DNA of 64,000 nt from Adineta vaga (lineage: Eukaryota; Animalia; Rotifera), in assembly GCA_021613535.1 (NCBI GenBank), contig CP075497.1, positions 12,028,001 to 12,092,000 of the forward strand, given 5' to 3'. Positions within the stretch are counted from its first letter, which is position 1. Every line of letters begins with the position of its first letter. Shown piece after piece: positions 25,982 through 42,776 of the stretch. The translations under genes were made by a program, and so were the position numbers. Under the pieces are notes generated by a model. The model did not search any database, was not told the DNA's origin, and saw only the letters and a program-made list of their open reading frames with translations.

Positions 25982-27513
25982 TTAATATAATCCTAAGGTA
26001 TATTTTGAATCGGAAAGAAGTCTTTGAGATGGATCATTTGAAGAATAAATATCACTTGATTGAATTGTTTTTGTTGGTAGTCGATGTGTTGATGTTTTGA
26101 TAAAACTAGTTGTTGTAAATGATGCTTTAGATTTTTCTTTTTGTTCTTTCGAATTCTTGTAACGTTGATAATGATTATTAAAATTTCCGAGAAGTCTTGC
26201 GGGTAAAAATCGATTTTCTTCTTTTGTTTGATTTTCTTTGAAAAGAATGGCAAATAAATGTTTACGAAATAATTGTCCGGTTAATGTATAAATATAAAAA
26301 TGTCCTGCATAGTACATTTGTTGTAATAACATGAGGAGAATTTTTCGAAACCAAGTTGAACAAGAACGTTCTCGATCTGTATAAAGAAATATATCATTGA
26401 TTTCCGTTGGTAAACAAAGAATAAGAAATGCAAATGTTGTTCCAATTAACATACAACATAATTGAATATCTTTATCACGTAAACGAGTTGTTCCTTGTTC
26501 TTGAAAGGTTTTTCTAACTGTTTGTCGAATGCTTTCACTTGCATAAAATGTATAATAATAAAACTTACCCTTCGTATTATAACGAATTGTTTTTCGTGTT
26601 TCAAAAATTTGACAAATAATTAATAATGAACAAATAAACATGATTATAAAAGGTATAATTACAAATACTACGGATTCAATATAAGAATCATAAAAACGAA
26701 ATAAAGTATTATAAAAATGATTCTCTCGTCGAATATTACAATCATATGAAATATTAAATTGTTTATCAATTAAAGGAATCTTTTCATAACCATATAAGAA
26801 GTGTCCATTAGCAAGAAATAAAATGATAACAACAACACAAACACATTGTTTGGCTTTGCCAACATTACAATAATGTCTTGCACGAGATGGACAATAAATT
26901 AAAATGAATCGATCACTAAAGAAAAGATTATTAAAATACAATTCGAACGTCTTTTTTTTCTTCACACTATTTCAAACCAGAATGTTTTTAACCTATTTCT
27001 TCTGATTCAATTCCACAGAAAACTAACTGATGGAATCACGACTTTCAAACACGAGACTATCTCATACACGTCAATTAATATGCATGGATTTTCTTTTGAC
27101 TTACATTGATGCTAATGTTAAAACCATATTGGATAAATGATTGGAAAAATAAATGAGAAAGATTGTTATTTTACAAATACATGTATGTAAAACAAGTAAA
27201 TCAATATGAAAACCATATGGTAAATGTTCAATAACCATTGTTAATAAATGAATTGTATCACTTATAGCTAAGATTAAAAAGTAAAAGCAACAAGATTTTC
27301 GACCTATGAAAATGAAATTTTTGTGAAAATATTGAACAAAAGAAAATGTCAAAACTTACGAAGAGGTTTTCTCGAAAAAACACAAATACTTAAAACAGTT
27401 GAAATAATACCGATAAGAAAGATAAATGTGCCAAAATATCTGATGAGACCATTTGTAAAATTACAATTCAGATATCCATTTGTTAAGAAAGACACATTTG
27501 TATTGTTTTTCAT
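25982..27513 (-). CDS. Rhodopsin-like (class A) peptide-type GPCR, multi-exon
   Basis: N-glycosylation-site-rich N-terminus, seven hydrophobic segments, LAISD (TM2), SI|DRF (DRY-like), CLP (TM6), HFYIYTLTGQLFR (TM7/helix 8). Confidence 0.88.
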
Positions 27514-28804
27514 TGTATTCTACAAGAAAACAACAATAAATTTCTCGTCAAAAGAAAAGAAATGATTTCTTTGTAAAATTGTTTTCTATTTCTCGTGTCT
27601 TGCTGAAAATATAAAAGAAACAAAATGTTAGTTAAAAAAGTCATTAAGCAGAAAATAAGCAGCGAAGAAGAAAATGTTAATTTCCATAAGATCTTTGATT
27701 CATTTGCATGGTTCTCTTTTCTCTTTGTTGATTTTGAAGTTTAATTGACAAAAAATATGACAGATGTTATTCTATCGACAGAAAATTAACTAAAAAACTT
27801 CTATTCTCTCTTACACCTCTCGACTTTTCTTCTCACGATTAAAGAACTAAATGTAGACAATACTTAGAAAAGAATATTTCTATATATAACTGTGTGAATA
27901 ATTTTAATGAACAGGAAACAACGTATCTTTCTCCAATTATCTTCTTTTTATTTGTCTCTGCTGTCGACAGATTTTATTAATTAATATGATACATCATTTT
28001 TATAGAAAAACAAATCTGTATGTCGGTTATTAAACATGTTCCAATGTAAAGAGATGATTATAGATTTGATTTCATTATAAAAGAATGTTCAATTTAGAGA
28101 GAAATATAAGATATTTCGGACTATTTGATATTTAACAATTTGCTCATTTGCATTTTTCCTATTCATTGAACTGTAAATAGTAATTAGTTTTTTTCTTATT
28201 ACCGAAGAAAATATTTCATAGAAATAGTTTTCTTTGTAAAATGCAAAATTAAAAAGACCAAAATCACGATTATTGAAAAAAGTGTGAAGGTTATTGAAGC
28301 AGAATTGTTTCGCATATGATTGTCTACTCTATTGATCAAAAAAATCTATTTTTCAATTGATAATCAATAGGAATTCTTAACAAACATTCATTCTTATCTT
28401 GTTCGTTAGAATTTGCTAGATGATTGTACCCATTATTCTAAAAACAAGAAAATAAGATTAATCTCCTTATAGAATTGTGCTATCCTCTTCATTTTTTGGA
28501 TACTTATTATAGAAATTAATCTGTCGTGCCGATAAAGCTAGTAGGCGTTAAAATCAACGTACGGTTATTAGAGACATTGTGATATAAAATAATGAAAAAT
28601 AGTTGTAGACGACAAAAAGAATAATCATTTTTTATTCATAATTACCATTCTATTGAGTAGAACTTCAAATATGAGACAAATTTACTAAGACACTATTATT
28701 AAAAATCAAACATTATTTAGATTTATTTCTTCTTAAAAAAATATTCTAAAACTAGAATTCAATAATTATCGTTTATTATTTTCGAAATGTCATAGAATCT
28801 TTAA

Positions 28805-29177
28805 CCCTTTCAAAATCGGCTTATTTTGAGAAAAAATTACACATTTTAAACTTTTTAACGATCTAAGGGCTATAGATGGGGTAATAACATGAGAGTAAAA
28901 TTCATTGTCTGAAAAGATTGCATAGATGACGAACAGAAGAAAAAAATCCATAAGACTAGTTGAAAGAAAGAGAAGCACAGGGAAAGGAAAGGAAAAGTCC
29001 AACACATATGAAACAGACTGGAAAAACCATGAAGCATAAATGAGAACAAGGAAAAAGAAGATACTGATCATAACACGAACGTTTACTCCGAAGAGACGCG
29101 ATAAAAACTCGGATTCTTACGCATAAGACCACATGAAATCTTAATGACACTTTAAAGTACCACTGGTCTCGAAAGGG
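28805..29177. mobile_element. Non-autonomous piggyBac-type element (MITE), 373 bp
   Basis: TTAA|CCCTTTC...GAAAGGG|TTAA: TTAA at 28801-28804 and 29178-29181; imperfect TIRs CCCTTTCAAAATCGG and CCCTTTCGAGACCAG (11/15 match); no transposase. Confidence 0.75.
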
Positions 29178-32100
29178 TTAAATAAATTTATATAAAAATG
29201 TTATGCATTTGAAATTACTTTTCTTTTTGAAAAAGACCGTATGGCAAAGATTAATTAACATCAGCATATATTGTTAATACTGAAAAATAGACTAGAATAA
29301 TTGTTGATACAAATAGAAATGAATGTTTGTAGAATTTATTATTTCACATTCATTTTGTTTTAAAGCATACTCTTGAAATAATATATTCCTATCAAATTAA
29401 AATTACTTCAAATAAACATAACTATAGATGAATCAAATTAATAAATAGTTATAATATCAATACTTTACATATAGTAATGCATTCAATGGTACACAAGGAA
29501 GAGGAAAACCTGTTTGATCAACCAAATATAACGTTTGTACTAATACATAACGATGTGACCGAACAACGATCATCGGGGTATTCGGTGGTAGCATAGCAAT
29601 CATCTTCCAATATTTTCTTTCATTTTATATTTAAAGATGCTTGAAGAAACAAAGAACTATATCTTTAAAAAAATATTGATCTTCTCTAAATAGTAAATAA
29701 TTCCTTTCAGTGTGTAGCCGAAAATAATCCACTAGATTTCTACTCTATAGACACTGTGCCAGCATGAAAATCGACTTTAGAATTCGAGCTTTTGTCAAAC
29801 ATGATCTGAAAGAGAGTGTCTAGGCTAAGAAATAACGTCCATTACCCTCTCCCCACAGACTGTTATCGAGATGTTAATTAGTTAACATGGACTCTAAGTG
29901 ATGAACTTCAACGAGCCCGTCGCCGACCGTTACAGAAAGGTCAAACGTCATCGGGTGCTAGTCATTACCGATATCTTTAGCTAATAAACTACCTTACATT
30001 ATGGCTGATATTCTAACTAATTAAATAAATAGTTAATTACCTATTATAAACCGCCACGTATATCCCAATACTTCTTACTACTCTATTATCGACCGCCATG
30101 TTGCCTATTTTTTAACGACTGCGACGCATTTTTAATCCCGTAGGGTTTGCGCTAACAGCTTTTTCTCTCAGTCAACTCTGATAGAGTTTATTATAACTAT
30201 TTCATTGTCTAATTTTGACCTCTAATATCTTTACATAAACGGACGCAACACCATAGCCTTTTGAGCTCAATATTCACAATAAAGGAATCAATCACTCAAG
30301 ATAGCAGCAGTATAACCTGCTCTTTCAGAAAAGAAAATAACTCGATTTATAAAAAAATTAATTAATTGACTGAAAACCCAAGAATCGGAATGATTATCTC
30401 CTTTTACTCTCTATTATATTTATTGATACTATACAGTTCAAATTGTATTTGTTTATCGAAATAAAACACTCGATTTCGCTATAAATCTGAAGTTGATTAA
30501 CGAATGTACTGATTCAAATAATCTTAACTTTGTGTACGAAAAAGTGGCTATTTTGAATCTGATGAAACGTCAATAATCATATATGATCAGAAGGAAAAAT
30601 AAATCTGAGATGTTCATAAAAGTGTATATAGGATTTATTCTTGTAAAATTTAAAAGACAATCGCAAGCATATTCTGTAAAACGTAGTACTGAAAAATAAA
30701 TACCTTTCAGCTAGAAAAGGAAATCCTTTTTTTCAATATCTACTTACCGTTTTTTTGAAATATCAGTACAAGTATAGGACTAGTTTGAATTTTATACAAA
30801 AAAAAAGAAACTACTGTAAGAATTAAACAATATTTGGATTAATTTCTCATAGATAAAATAAAAAGAAAAGAATTTCTCGATTTCCAATCTTTTCATTCAT
30901 CAATAAATTGTCTTTATTCACAATGAAGACATGTTTCAAATAGATGTCAATATTGATTAGATCATATGATGTAACTATTTTCTTTGATAATGTCTATACT
31001 ACTAGCATCTACTGAAACAAGTACATGAATTTCTTTATTTTATCATATGGTAAATGAAGGGATTATATATAGTTATTTCATTTTTCTCCTATTGATTATA
31101 ATGCTTCTATTGTGATAAACTCATTTCGACTAGTTTAGTCATTTCTAGAATATTGATTCTTTTTAGAGTTTTTAAGGAACAATCATGTCACAAAGTGATT
31201 TTCCTGTTCTTTATATTATTCATCGATCGTAAGAAAGATTAATTCCTTTTCTTCAGTTAGCAAGTCATCAAATTCTCATTTTCATTTGTTCTTATCGTTT
31301 CGAATAAAATACATGTAGATAATTCATCAACTCTCAAAGAACTCTCATTATAATATTACTAACAAATGATATTTTCATGAATAAGAATGTCTAATGGATG
31401 TTTTGACCTCAATGAACAACGACATGTTTATGATATGGAAACTGATTTCTTCGAATGTGAATATTCTTGTTGTTGTATCAATTCTCCAAGAATGATCAGC
31501 AACTAAACACATGATACAACAAAAAACATCTGGATTTGGAAGTGAATTAATGTAGATAATGAACATGAGCGTAAAAAAATGTCGTTTAATTAGAATAAAG
31601 TTTTATCCTATGCACGAATGAACTATTCCACTGATGAGTATTTCATATCCTTACATATTATTATTATTATTAATACAACAAGTTTCGATGATGAACAATT
31701 ATTAAAGTCAAATATTATTTCTATACAAAGTTTGTTCAAGTATGATGTTTGAAAACAACGACTATTTATGTTTGTTTAATTTATTCCATAGAATAAATAT
31801 CTTCATCGAATTAGATTCCGAAAAATCAATACAAACGATCGAGAAAAGAAAAAAATCAATCTTCATTGTCCTCTTCTCCGGTTTTCTTTCTCTCTTAGCT
31901 GCCTAATTCAATTTTATGTTGAGAAGATTCTTCTTCTCTCTCTTTCCCTCCCTTACACGAACGATAGTACGCTGATGTTAGATTTGGACCGAACAAATGG
32001 ATCGATACGAAAATAGAATAAAATCAAAAAAGAAGGGAAGGCTCATGCATCACTCTAACTAACATACAAACGCCAATATAACCTTGTGTGCCATCTGAAA

Positions 32101-33649
32101 CACACGCAATCGACGACAAGAACGATAGAACGCAACACATTGCTACCAATCAGTCATAGGAAAAAAAACTTTATTATATTTATAGAATAGATCGACAACG
32201 TTCGTCATTCATTTTTTATTATTACTAATGTGGAAAAGACTTAGTACCGTTCTATGCCATAAAGGTAAGAAAAGAATTGACACAGTTTCAATCCTGTTAA
32301 GACGACATTTTTACTAGATGTGATTTATCACACTAAACTTCAATCAGATAAAATAGGTAATTGAAGAGGTTAGAGAAGAAAAGGGCGAAGAGAACAAATT
32401 TGTTTATACAATCTATGTGAATGTGACTAGAACATCGAACATTAGTCAAGTATAAATAATCAATATTCTCATGATTATATTCTAATCATGAAAACAACGT
32501 CGAGGACATCAGGAAAAAAACTGTCTGTTCATTCTGTGATCATGTAATCATTCTTGTTCTTCGGTCAGTAGAATGAGAATAGCAGAACAGATAGTTCTAT
32601 TATTAGTAGAGTCGAACTAACAGCTGATAATAGAATCTGAACTAAATGAAATTTGCTGATGTAATTAAAAGAGTAAATAGGAAAAAAATTGTTTTTCTCA
32701 TTTTATTAGTCCAATCATTGTTAACAATAGATGAATTATGTTCTATTATGTCTTGATAAAATAAAATTGTTAGAATATTTAGTTTAAAAAAACATTCTTT
32801 TATTTGCCTTCTATTTGCAATCCAATCGAACGGATGTGAAACGTTTCGATTCTACACGATTAATTGGCGTTTTAAGTCAACTAACTCGTATTGTTTACGT
32901 ATAGTGAAGATTTTTTTTTTGAATATAATAACTGTTGTCGAGAAATAGAAGGACACTAGATAAATATAGCCACATTTTCTTCCTTTTTTTTCCCTTCTCT
33001 TTTTTTCCATACTTGATAAGAGAGTCGGTTAGAAAGACGTAGCAACAACCGAGAAATTATTTCTCATCTTTCCCAATTCACCTGCATATGTCATCTCGTG
33101 TTTTTCTTTATCTCCTAAGAAGTAATCTTATTTAGTCAGTCATGCACAGCTTTTTCCTTCTATAAAATCTCACCTTGAATAGACATTCGCAAAATACTAA
33201 AATGAAACATTTGTTCGATTATCAATCAATCGAATCATTCAAGTTAATATCACACATGACAAGGATTCTTTTGTTGTTCATTTTCTTTTATTCTTTACTA
33301 AAGTTTAGTCATATAAAGCCTAAAATATAACACCTCTCTCTCTCTTTTCGTTGTGGCCGATACTCGATCCATCTCGATGATATAGTACACTCGCTTATAT
33401 AAAGAGCAAGAGGAAGAGAGAAAAAGAGAATCTAATATCTCAATACAACGACAAGACGATAAACTTTCATCAAACAGTATATATCTTTCTCTCTTTTCTT
33501 TCATTCTCTCGTTCTCTTCTCATTATTTCCATTTTCTTGTTGCCGTTGTGAGAGCGGAAACGATTGCTGGTCGTTTTGCTTTTCTTTATTGTCGACGTTT
33601 ACCACATCACTGTTTATCTCAGATCACAATTCTTATAGAGAAAAAAAAT

Positions 33650-36225
33650 ATGCTTCTAAAATTACTTGTAAGTGTCTTTGAACGAGCAAAATCCAAATTA
33701 ACATCAACACGTTCGATCGATCGAACTTCACCAGGTTTGTTATAAATATTTGAAAAGAAAAACAGTGAAACTTTCCCCTTTTATACAAAAAAGAAACATC
33801 TCAATCGATTGAATTTCTTAGACTCTGACAATGAAAACGATACAAATAATTGCAAACAAATGTTTTCATCTGGTCCATCAATAATCCATCAGCAACCTCG
33901 TTTATCTCTTTCTAAATGGTTATGTACTAGTCCACCATCTATTAATAAATCGGTAAGAGAAATAACTAACTATTTTGATTTTTCACACCTGTTATCACTT
34001 CACACTTTCGATTGATCTTCTAATACTGAAAAAATTGCATCTATCATATTGAATTGAATTCTAATGAAGTTTATTTTATTCTTGTCTTAACATTGTTCTG
34101 TTTTGTCACGCATCTGCTTGTCTTGCCAATTATAGATACAAAAAGAAAGACGAAGCTTGCCCTGCGGCTTTTACCTTCCGTTTATTTTTCTTTTCTCTTT
34201 CTTCATCATTATTTCTACTAGAGATATTCTAATGAAACATCATTAGAATGTAAGCTTTTATATATGATAAGAGAAATCAAACGATATCTCAGGCACTTAT
34301 TGTTTTCTATTTATCATGTCTAGCAGTCATTATTATAAAATCGTTACCACATCGATAAGAAGAACAGTTGCCTAATCGATAGACAAAAAATCGAAGAAGG
34401 GAAGAATTCAAGAGATATTTCAAAATAATATCAACAAAGAATTTATGTGAAATGATGTCAAAACAAAGATATGTTGTCAAAAAAAGATGACATTTGAGTG
34501 ACATTGATTATCAATTACTGTCACTAAGCAAAAGAAAAACACTAACGACATATTTTTGATGAATTGTTGAGTTAATCGAATCATCTTATTCTCTCTTCTC
34601 ATCTAATCTATGATTATCTTCAAGTAAATCGTTTTTTTCCCGCTAAATATAGAATCCATCATCATCATCAAAATCTCATAAAGTACGACGAAGTAGTTCT
34701 TGGCGATCATTAAAAGAACGTGGAAATAATTATCTCAATCATTTTACTTCTCGTACATTATCAGTTGATGAACTTCGTCAAACAACTAAACAATATGCAA
34801 AAATCAATTCTTTACGTAAACGAGAACATCATCGACGTGATTGTAAGATTAATTTCTTTCTTCTTTTTTTTCTTTTAATGTTTAATTAAAATCGATCTAC
34901 TCTAGTTTCACATTCTCCAGTATCTAGTTTGACTTCCTCAAGTAAAAAATTATCAGGTTATAATGCAAATCGTTTATTCAATTGTGATGCATCAAGAAGT
35001 CTTTCAACTAATGCCAGACATTTCGATCGTTTCTCTTCAACACTTGTTAATTATTCTGATAAAGAAAAAGTTATGGCATCGAATAAATCTCATCGACGAT
35101 TAAAACATCATCAAATCTTTTCAAGAAATAATACAAATAGCGGCGGAGGTGATTCAGGTTATTCTGAAGATAGTTTTGCTACAACAACCTTATCTTCTTA
35201 TACACGTCCATTACATACATCATGTCCTCATTGTCATTGTGAACAACGTTCATCATTTCATAATTATAAAACTTCAATGAAAAAAACATCCTTAACAGAT
35301 TCATCAACGTCAGATACAACAATTAATAAAGAAACTCTTTCATCCGATTATCATTTTCAATTTTTTCATCAAAAACAATCGTTATCAGCTAGTCGATCCT
35401 ATCCACATATAAAACCATTACCAAAAACAAACCTACACACTCAAACAATGAAACATACAAACGAACAAGAACAAAAACGAACAAAAGCATTTGCAGCTAA
35501 ACGACGACGACATTTATCTTGTGATAGTTCATTCTATCCACGAATAAAAGCAAATCAAGCAAATAATGTGGTAAGACCTTAGAAATATCTTTTCTTTACA
35601 TGTAAATAAGAGAAAAGAATATCATAAGTATCTTATCTTTCACTTACAGACATCATCTCCTGTGATATTTGAAACCAATCCGGCATCTCGTCAGCGTCAT
35701 TTTACAACTATTGGTATGCTTACATATGATCCATCATCTTCCTATTCTAAAACATTACCATCGTTACCAAAAAATACTCATATTTTTGGTGAATTAAATC
35801 TAGCTGCAATTGAACTTGATTCTCTTCGTACAATCGATTATCATCGTCCATCATTTTCTTCATCCTATTCTTCATCATTAACATCATCAACATCTTCAGT
35901 CAATACTGAACAAGAAGTTCAAAAATCTCGACGACATAAAAAGAAATCTACATCATCATCATCGGCTTCTTCCAAACAAAAAGGTACTTATCTTGTTTGG
36001 CATGAATATAAAAACTCATCATTATTATCAGCAACGAATGGCACGAAAATCTTTTCGGTAATTCGTGGTGATCAAGTACGTTTGTTAAGACGTATTGGAA
36101 AATCTACATTACTTGTGCAAAAAGAAGATGATGGATCCATCGGATTTTTACCTCAGTCATGTTTGGCACATGATCAAATAAACTCATTTCTATCTGTCAA
36201 AGGATTAAGAGAAACCGTTTTATAA
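33650..36225 (+). CDS. Ser-rich, probably disordered protein with a C-terminal SH3-like domain and class I PDZ-binding end (ETVL*); 5 exons
   Basis: Exons splice in frame (33650-33734, ~33822-33951, ~34653-34842, ~34906-35570, 35650-36225); YLVWHEY..FSVIRGDQVRLL..GSIGFLPQSCL resembles SH3. Confidence 0.65.
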
Positions 36226-37516
36226 TAAAATCCAATCAACTTTGCTTTCTTTCTTTCTTTCTTTCTTTCTCTCACATATTTGACCTTATATGTCTAGATA
36301 GATATCATTTAGTTGTTTATTCATATAATATGTCAACGTCAACTAGAGAAAAATTCTCATCTCTAGTTATTGAGATTAAAAATAAGACAATATGACATTT
36401 AATAATTTTGATTGATAGATTTCATACATTACATCATTATCAGTTGGAGTTTCGAAGAAATATAAATATACAAATAATCACCAGGATCAATAATTCTTCT
36501 GTATTGTTATTCAATGATCTATCTTTGAAAATAATCAATAGTAAAGATAGAAGGATTTATTTTCTTCATCAATTTGTTACATATTCTATTTCAAAGTGTA
36601 ATACGATCCGAAAGTAATTTGCTTTTATAGAACAAAGAAAAAAAGAATAATACTTGCAAACACTACGTCAATTATTATCAATATGCAAATGAATATTTGA
36701 GATATATTTAAAGATAAATATATTAGAAGTTGTTTTATCAATCTAAGGATACGTATTGAAAAGTTCAGTGTGAATGTACATAAAGATTCCTCTTCCATTT
36801 TTTTGACTTTTTAGTCGCATAAGTATTGATGTGATGTATTTCATCTTTGTGTATGTAGTAGTTTTCAGCACAGCCTCTTTGAGACTAAAATATAGAACTC
36901 ACATAATAGAGTTTTACGTGAGACAGGAGTATTTCTATAATGAAGTGTTGTCTGTTATAGATAGGTCCCAAGATTTATTGACTTGAAACCTGCACTTACT
37001 TATTTATCTACGAAATATATATGTGAGTTCCGCAAAATAAATCAAAAAAAGACGATTGAACCATTACTTTTTTCCAAAACATCATCTAAATACGTTATTC
37101 TATCATTGATTTCAACAACTATGGAGAAAAACAAGAGTGTAATCTGAGTTATTTTGTAATAGATAAACATAATTTCTCTTAGGATTAATACACTTGTGTT
37201 TATATTATCTTGCACATCTTTGTCTAATATATAAATATATACATAGATGATTTTACACAAGTATTTAAGAATCTGTTGTTATCTTCGAAGAAGAACTAAA
37301 ATAAAAGAATGAAGAGAATCATCTGGCATGATCTGATAGACGTATACATACACAATACAAGAATTAGTTTTAACAGAATAAAGGAACTGAAAAGAAAAGA
37401 AAAATTAATAAGAAAAGAGAAGGAAAAAATAAAGAAGCACAGTCATCAATATGAGATATAGAACACATATAGGAAAAAAAAGAGAAGACATGCATGAATG
37501 TCACACATAACGAAAC

Positions 37517-40500
37517 TTAGACTAATTCCAAGACTTTAACAACACCTTGACTGTTTGCTGCCAATAAAATATTTTCACGCTAAAAAAGATGAAACATTTT
37601 TACAATTCAAAGAAAACAACAAACTAAAATGAAAGAATTCAACTTACATTACTCCAACACATAGCACTGACAAATTCATTTCCAGTTTCTTCTTTTTTTA
37701 CACGATCAGGATTAGTTGCTGTTGTCTTCACTGTTCCATTCGTTTGTTCATCAAATTTATAACTAAGTAATGGTCGAGAGATTTCACGTTGGTATAAATG
37801 AACTGTATTCGATTCACTACCTAAAATCAGATATTTTCACAAGGATAATAAGCCATTCTTTCCATCACAAATGAATATTCTTACCACAAACAATATAATT
37901 ATTTGATACGGCTAAACCGACGAAATTCTTTTCATTAACATGTCCACGATAAGTTCGTAGACATTGACCTTCCGTGACACGCCATAAACGAAGTTGACTA
38001 TCGGTGGATGCAGAGACAATTTCATTATTCGATAAAAATCTCGCGTAAGATACGGCTTTTTTATGACCTTTTAATAAATTACAAGGTTCACGTGTATTAC
38101 GTAAATCAAAATAATATAAATTATGATCAGCAGTGCCAAAGACAATATTATATTGAGAATCAGGTTTAAATTTTACACAACAAACATTCGATTTAGCATC
38201 AATTGTTGTAACTGAATAATCGTTATGCATTGACCAGATTTTAACTGAGAAAAATAAACAAACAACAACAATAAAATTGATGGAGTTTTGTGAAATCAAA
38301 GAATATTACCTCGACAATCATCGGAACAAGATGCAAGTAATTTTGGATCTGATGAACAAAAATCGACACTCCATGCTCGTTTTTCATGTTCCTAAAAAGA
38401 AAAATTTCTCCTTATAAAATTCTCTTTCATGACAAAAATCTTTTACTTGAAATGTTCGAACTTTTTGTGCTGTAGCCATATCCCAAATAGAAACAAATCC
38501 ATCATAATCACTTGATGCTAAGTAATTCCGTAAATATGGATTCCAACTGATACAACTTAATTTAGCTGTACATAAAACTTCTTTTGTTGGATAATGTAAA
38601 TCAACTGTATTATCAAGAATCGATTGATATTCATATAACTTTTAAAAAGCAAATTAAACTACAAAGCTTTGTTATTCAATAGAACCTACTTTAATCTTTT
38701 TTGAAACACCAGCAACAGCGAAATGTTCATAATCACGATCGAATTCAATACTAAAAATGAGAAACTATTATTCAATTTTTTAGCAATATTTAGTTACATA
38801 CCTTGATACAATACTAGCTTGAGCAAAATTTTCTCCAACAAAATTAACCGTGGCTATGGGTTTACATCGTGAATATTTTGTTACAGAAGCTAAATTATCT
38901 CGGAATGAACTTAATCCACTATCACCGTTACACGATCCATCTAAATAGTAGAAAAAAAAGATGATTATTTCGAAAAGAAAAACTTTCTATTCACCATTTT
39001 CAACAGATAATCTTAAAGAATTTCTGGTCGAAAAGTAAATATTTGTTAAATCATCCATAAAACGCATCATAATTTTTGTACGATTTTCAATATCATCATT
39101 TGTTGTCAAACCAAGTTTATTAGTTTCTTCCGGAACCTTGAAAATTTAATATATTTTCTACAGAATCAAACAAATCATATTCAATACGTACCACAGCACC
39201 ACCTGGTGCAATTCTCGATCCAAGACATTCCGTTTTAATTAGACTTGATGAACTTGTTGTTGTTGTTGAACCAGGTAGAACCGCTGAAGATGACATTGAT
39301 GTTGTCGTTGCAACTTGTTGTTTATCTATTTTCATATCAGGTGTCGCATGAAGATCCTATTTCAAAGAAAATACACAATATGATTTTTTTTCTACGGATT
39401 CGAAATTTAACTAACTTGTCCTCCGGGTTGTGTCCAATTAGGAACAGTATCATTAACAATAGTTGTATGACTTGATGTTGAAGATAATTCTTCTTTAATA
39501 TCAATCGTTGACTTTGAGAGAATTGGATTATCATCAGGAATTTGTTTGGAATTTGATGGATTATTTACATTTGTTGAAGAACATTTTTGTCGTTTATTCA
39601 TTTGTTTTAAATCTTGATCAACAATATTTAATTCTTTTGTCAAGGATTCAATCGCCTTTAAAAAGAAATTCAATTCAATCATTTCGTTTCTTAAATAAAA
39701 TAAATCTTACTCCATTTCTTTCATGATGAACATGCATTAAAAAGATTTCCAATAGACGATTATGAACATATTCACTATTCTAATCAAAACAAAACAAAAA
39801 AATGAATTCGAAATTTTTCACAAATAATTCTCACGAACCGAATCAATTTTGTCTTTATGTTGACGAATAACAGAAATAAGTCGATCAAGATCCACAGTAT
39901 TCAATGCATGAACATTAGTTACCATATCAGAGATATGGTCAACAATACCCTGAAAGAAGAAAACGAATTTTTTTTAAAATATTCGTTTCAATAACATACA
40001 CCAAATTTGCCAAATGTTTGAGGTAAAGGACGTTGTTGGCGATACTTTTCAATAATTGCATTGACTAAAATTTTCAAAATGAAGTTTTTTTGAAAGGTAA
40101 TTTGAAGTTCTTACGAGTATAATTTGGAAAAATATCACATGTTTGAAGACTTAATTGACATTTTGGACAACGACGAAGAGATTCAACCGTTCGTTGAAGA
40201 CATTTATTACTACAAATTATCAAATGAAGAAGAAATATTAAAGTGATAAAAATCAAAATAATCAATGAAGGTTAAGAAGATTCTCATTGATATTTTATCT
40301 GAAGGTGATCCAAAATGAGATTTCTCATTGAAAATCTTACCAGAAACTATGTCCACATCGAGAAACAAATGCTTCGTTGATTAATTCAAAGCAGATTGGA
40401 CTAAAAACACAACGGAATTATTCTTCATTTAAAAATTCAATCATTATACTCTAACCAATTATAATCTTCTTCAGCAGTTGAAGGGCGTGCAGCAGGTGGT

Positions 40501-40592
40501 TCGATTTTAGGTGATACAATTGAAGTTGTAGTTGTTGTTTGAGATGTTGATGAAGAAAGTTCATCGGTACGAGTTCGTTTTACTCCTGACAT
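37517..40592 (-). CDS. COP1: E3 ubiquitin ligase COP1/RFWD2 (RING, coiled coil, WD40), multi-exon
   Basis: [24 protein letters not shown]; [49 protein letters not shown]; ends [15 protein letters not shown]. Confidence 0.95.
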
Positions 40593-41209
40593 ATTAATTT
40601 GCACTAGAAGAAGAAAAATATTGTATTTGAAATTTTCTTTTACGAATCTACGAACGTCTTCGACGTCTTGTATGATGTACGTGAATGATCGACGGATGAA
40701 ATGTTTCAATTGAATGTATAGAAACAATTCACTGACGTTTTTCTTTTTTCTTCTTTTCTTACCAAATACACAACGGACGAACAATGAATGATCTTTGATA
40801 GACTAAGAATTTAATTGTTCATAAATTAGTTATTCTTCTTGAAAATTTTTTTGAAATTGAATAAAAATCTTTTTTTTCTTCGTTTACTGTTCGAGTTTAG
40901 AAATTATTTTATGCAATGATGAAAAAATCTATATCAAGTTCATAAGGAGATAAACATCGAAAATTTCATTGGATAAGATTTTAACCAATGAGAATAAAGA
41001 GAGAAAATATTTCTTTCAAATCATTTTTCATCGGAACGGGAAAATCAAGATTTTCTCTAATAGAATTTTCCTTTAATTGATAATCTTTTCAAGATTTTAT
41101 TAATGATTAAATTAGTTATGTAATCACATTAATCTTCTGATCAAATATTGTATAACATAACAACTGTTCAATTCTTCCTTTGCCTCTCTCTCTCTAGATT
41201 TCATCAAAA

Positions 41210-42776
<1,567 letters not shown>

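Noticed and set aside
29450-29615. About 55 codons of coding-like sequence on the minus strand (..VDQTGFPLPCVPLNA..)
   Set aside because: Isolated, with no recognisable family or gene structure.
31385-31570. Short Cys-containing frame (FFECEYSCCCINSP)
   Set aside because: Bounded by stops and could not be spliced credibly to the downstream gene.
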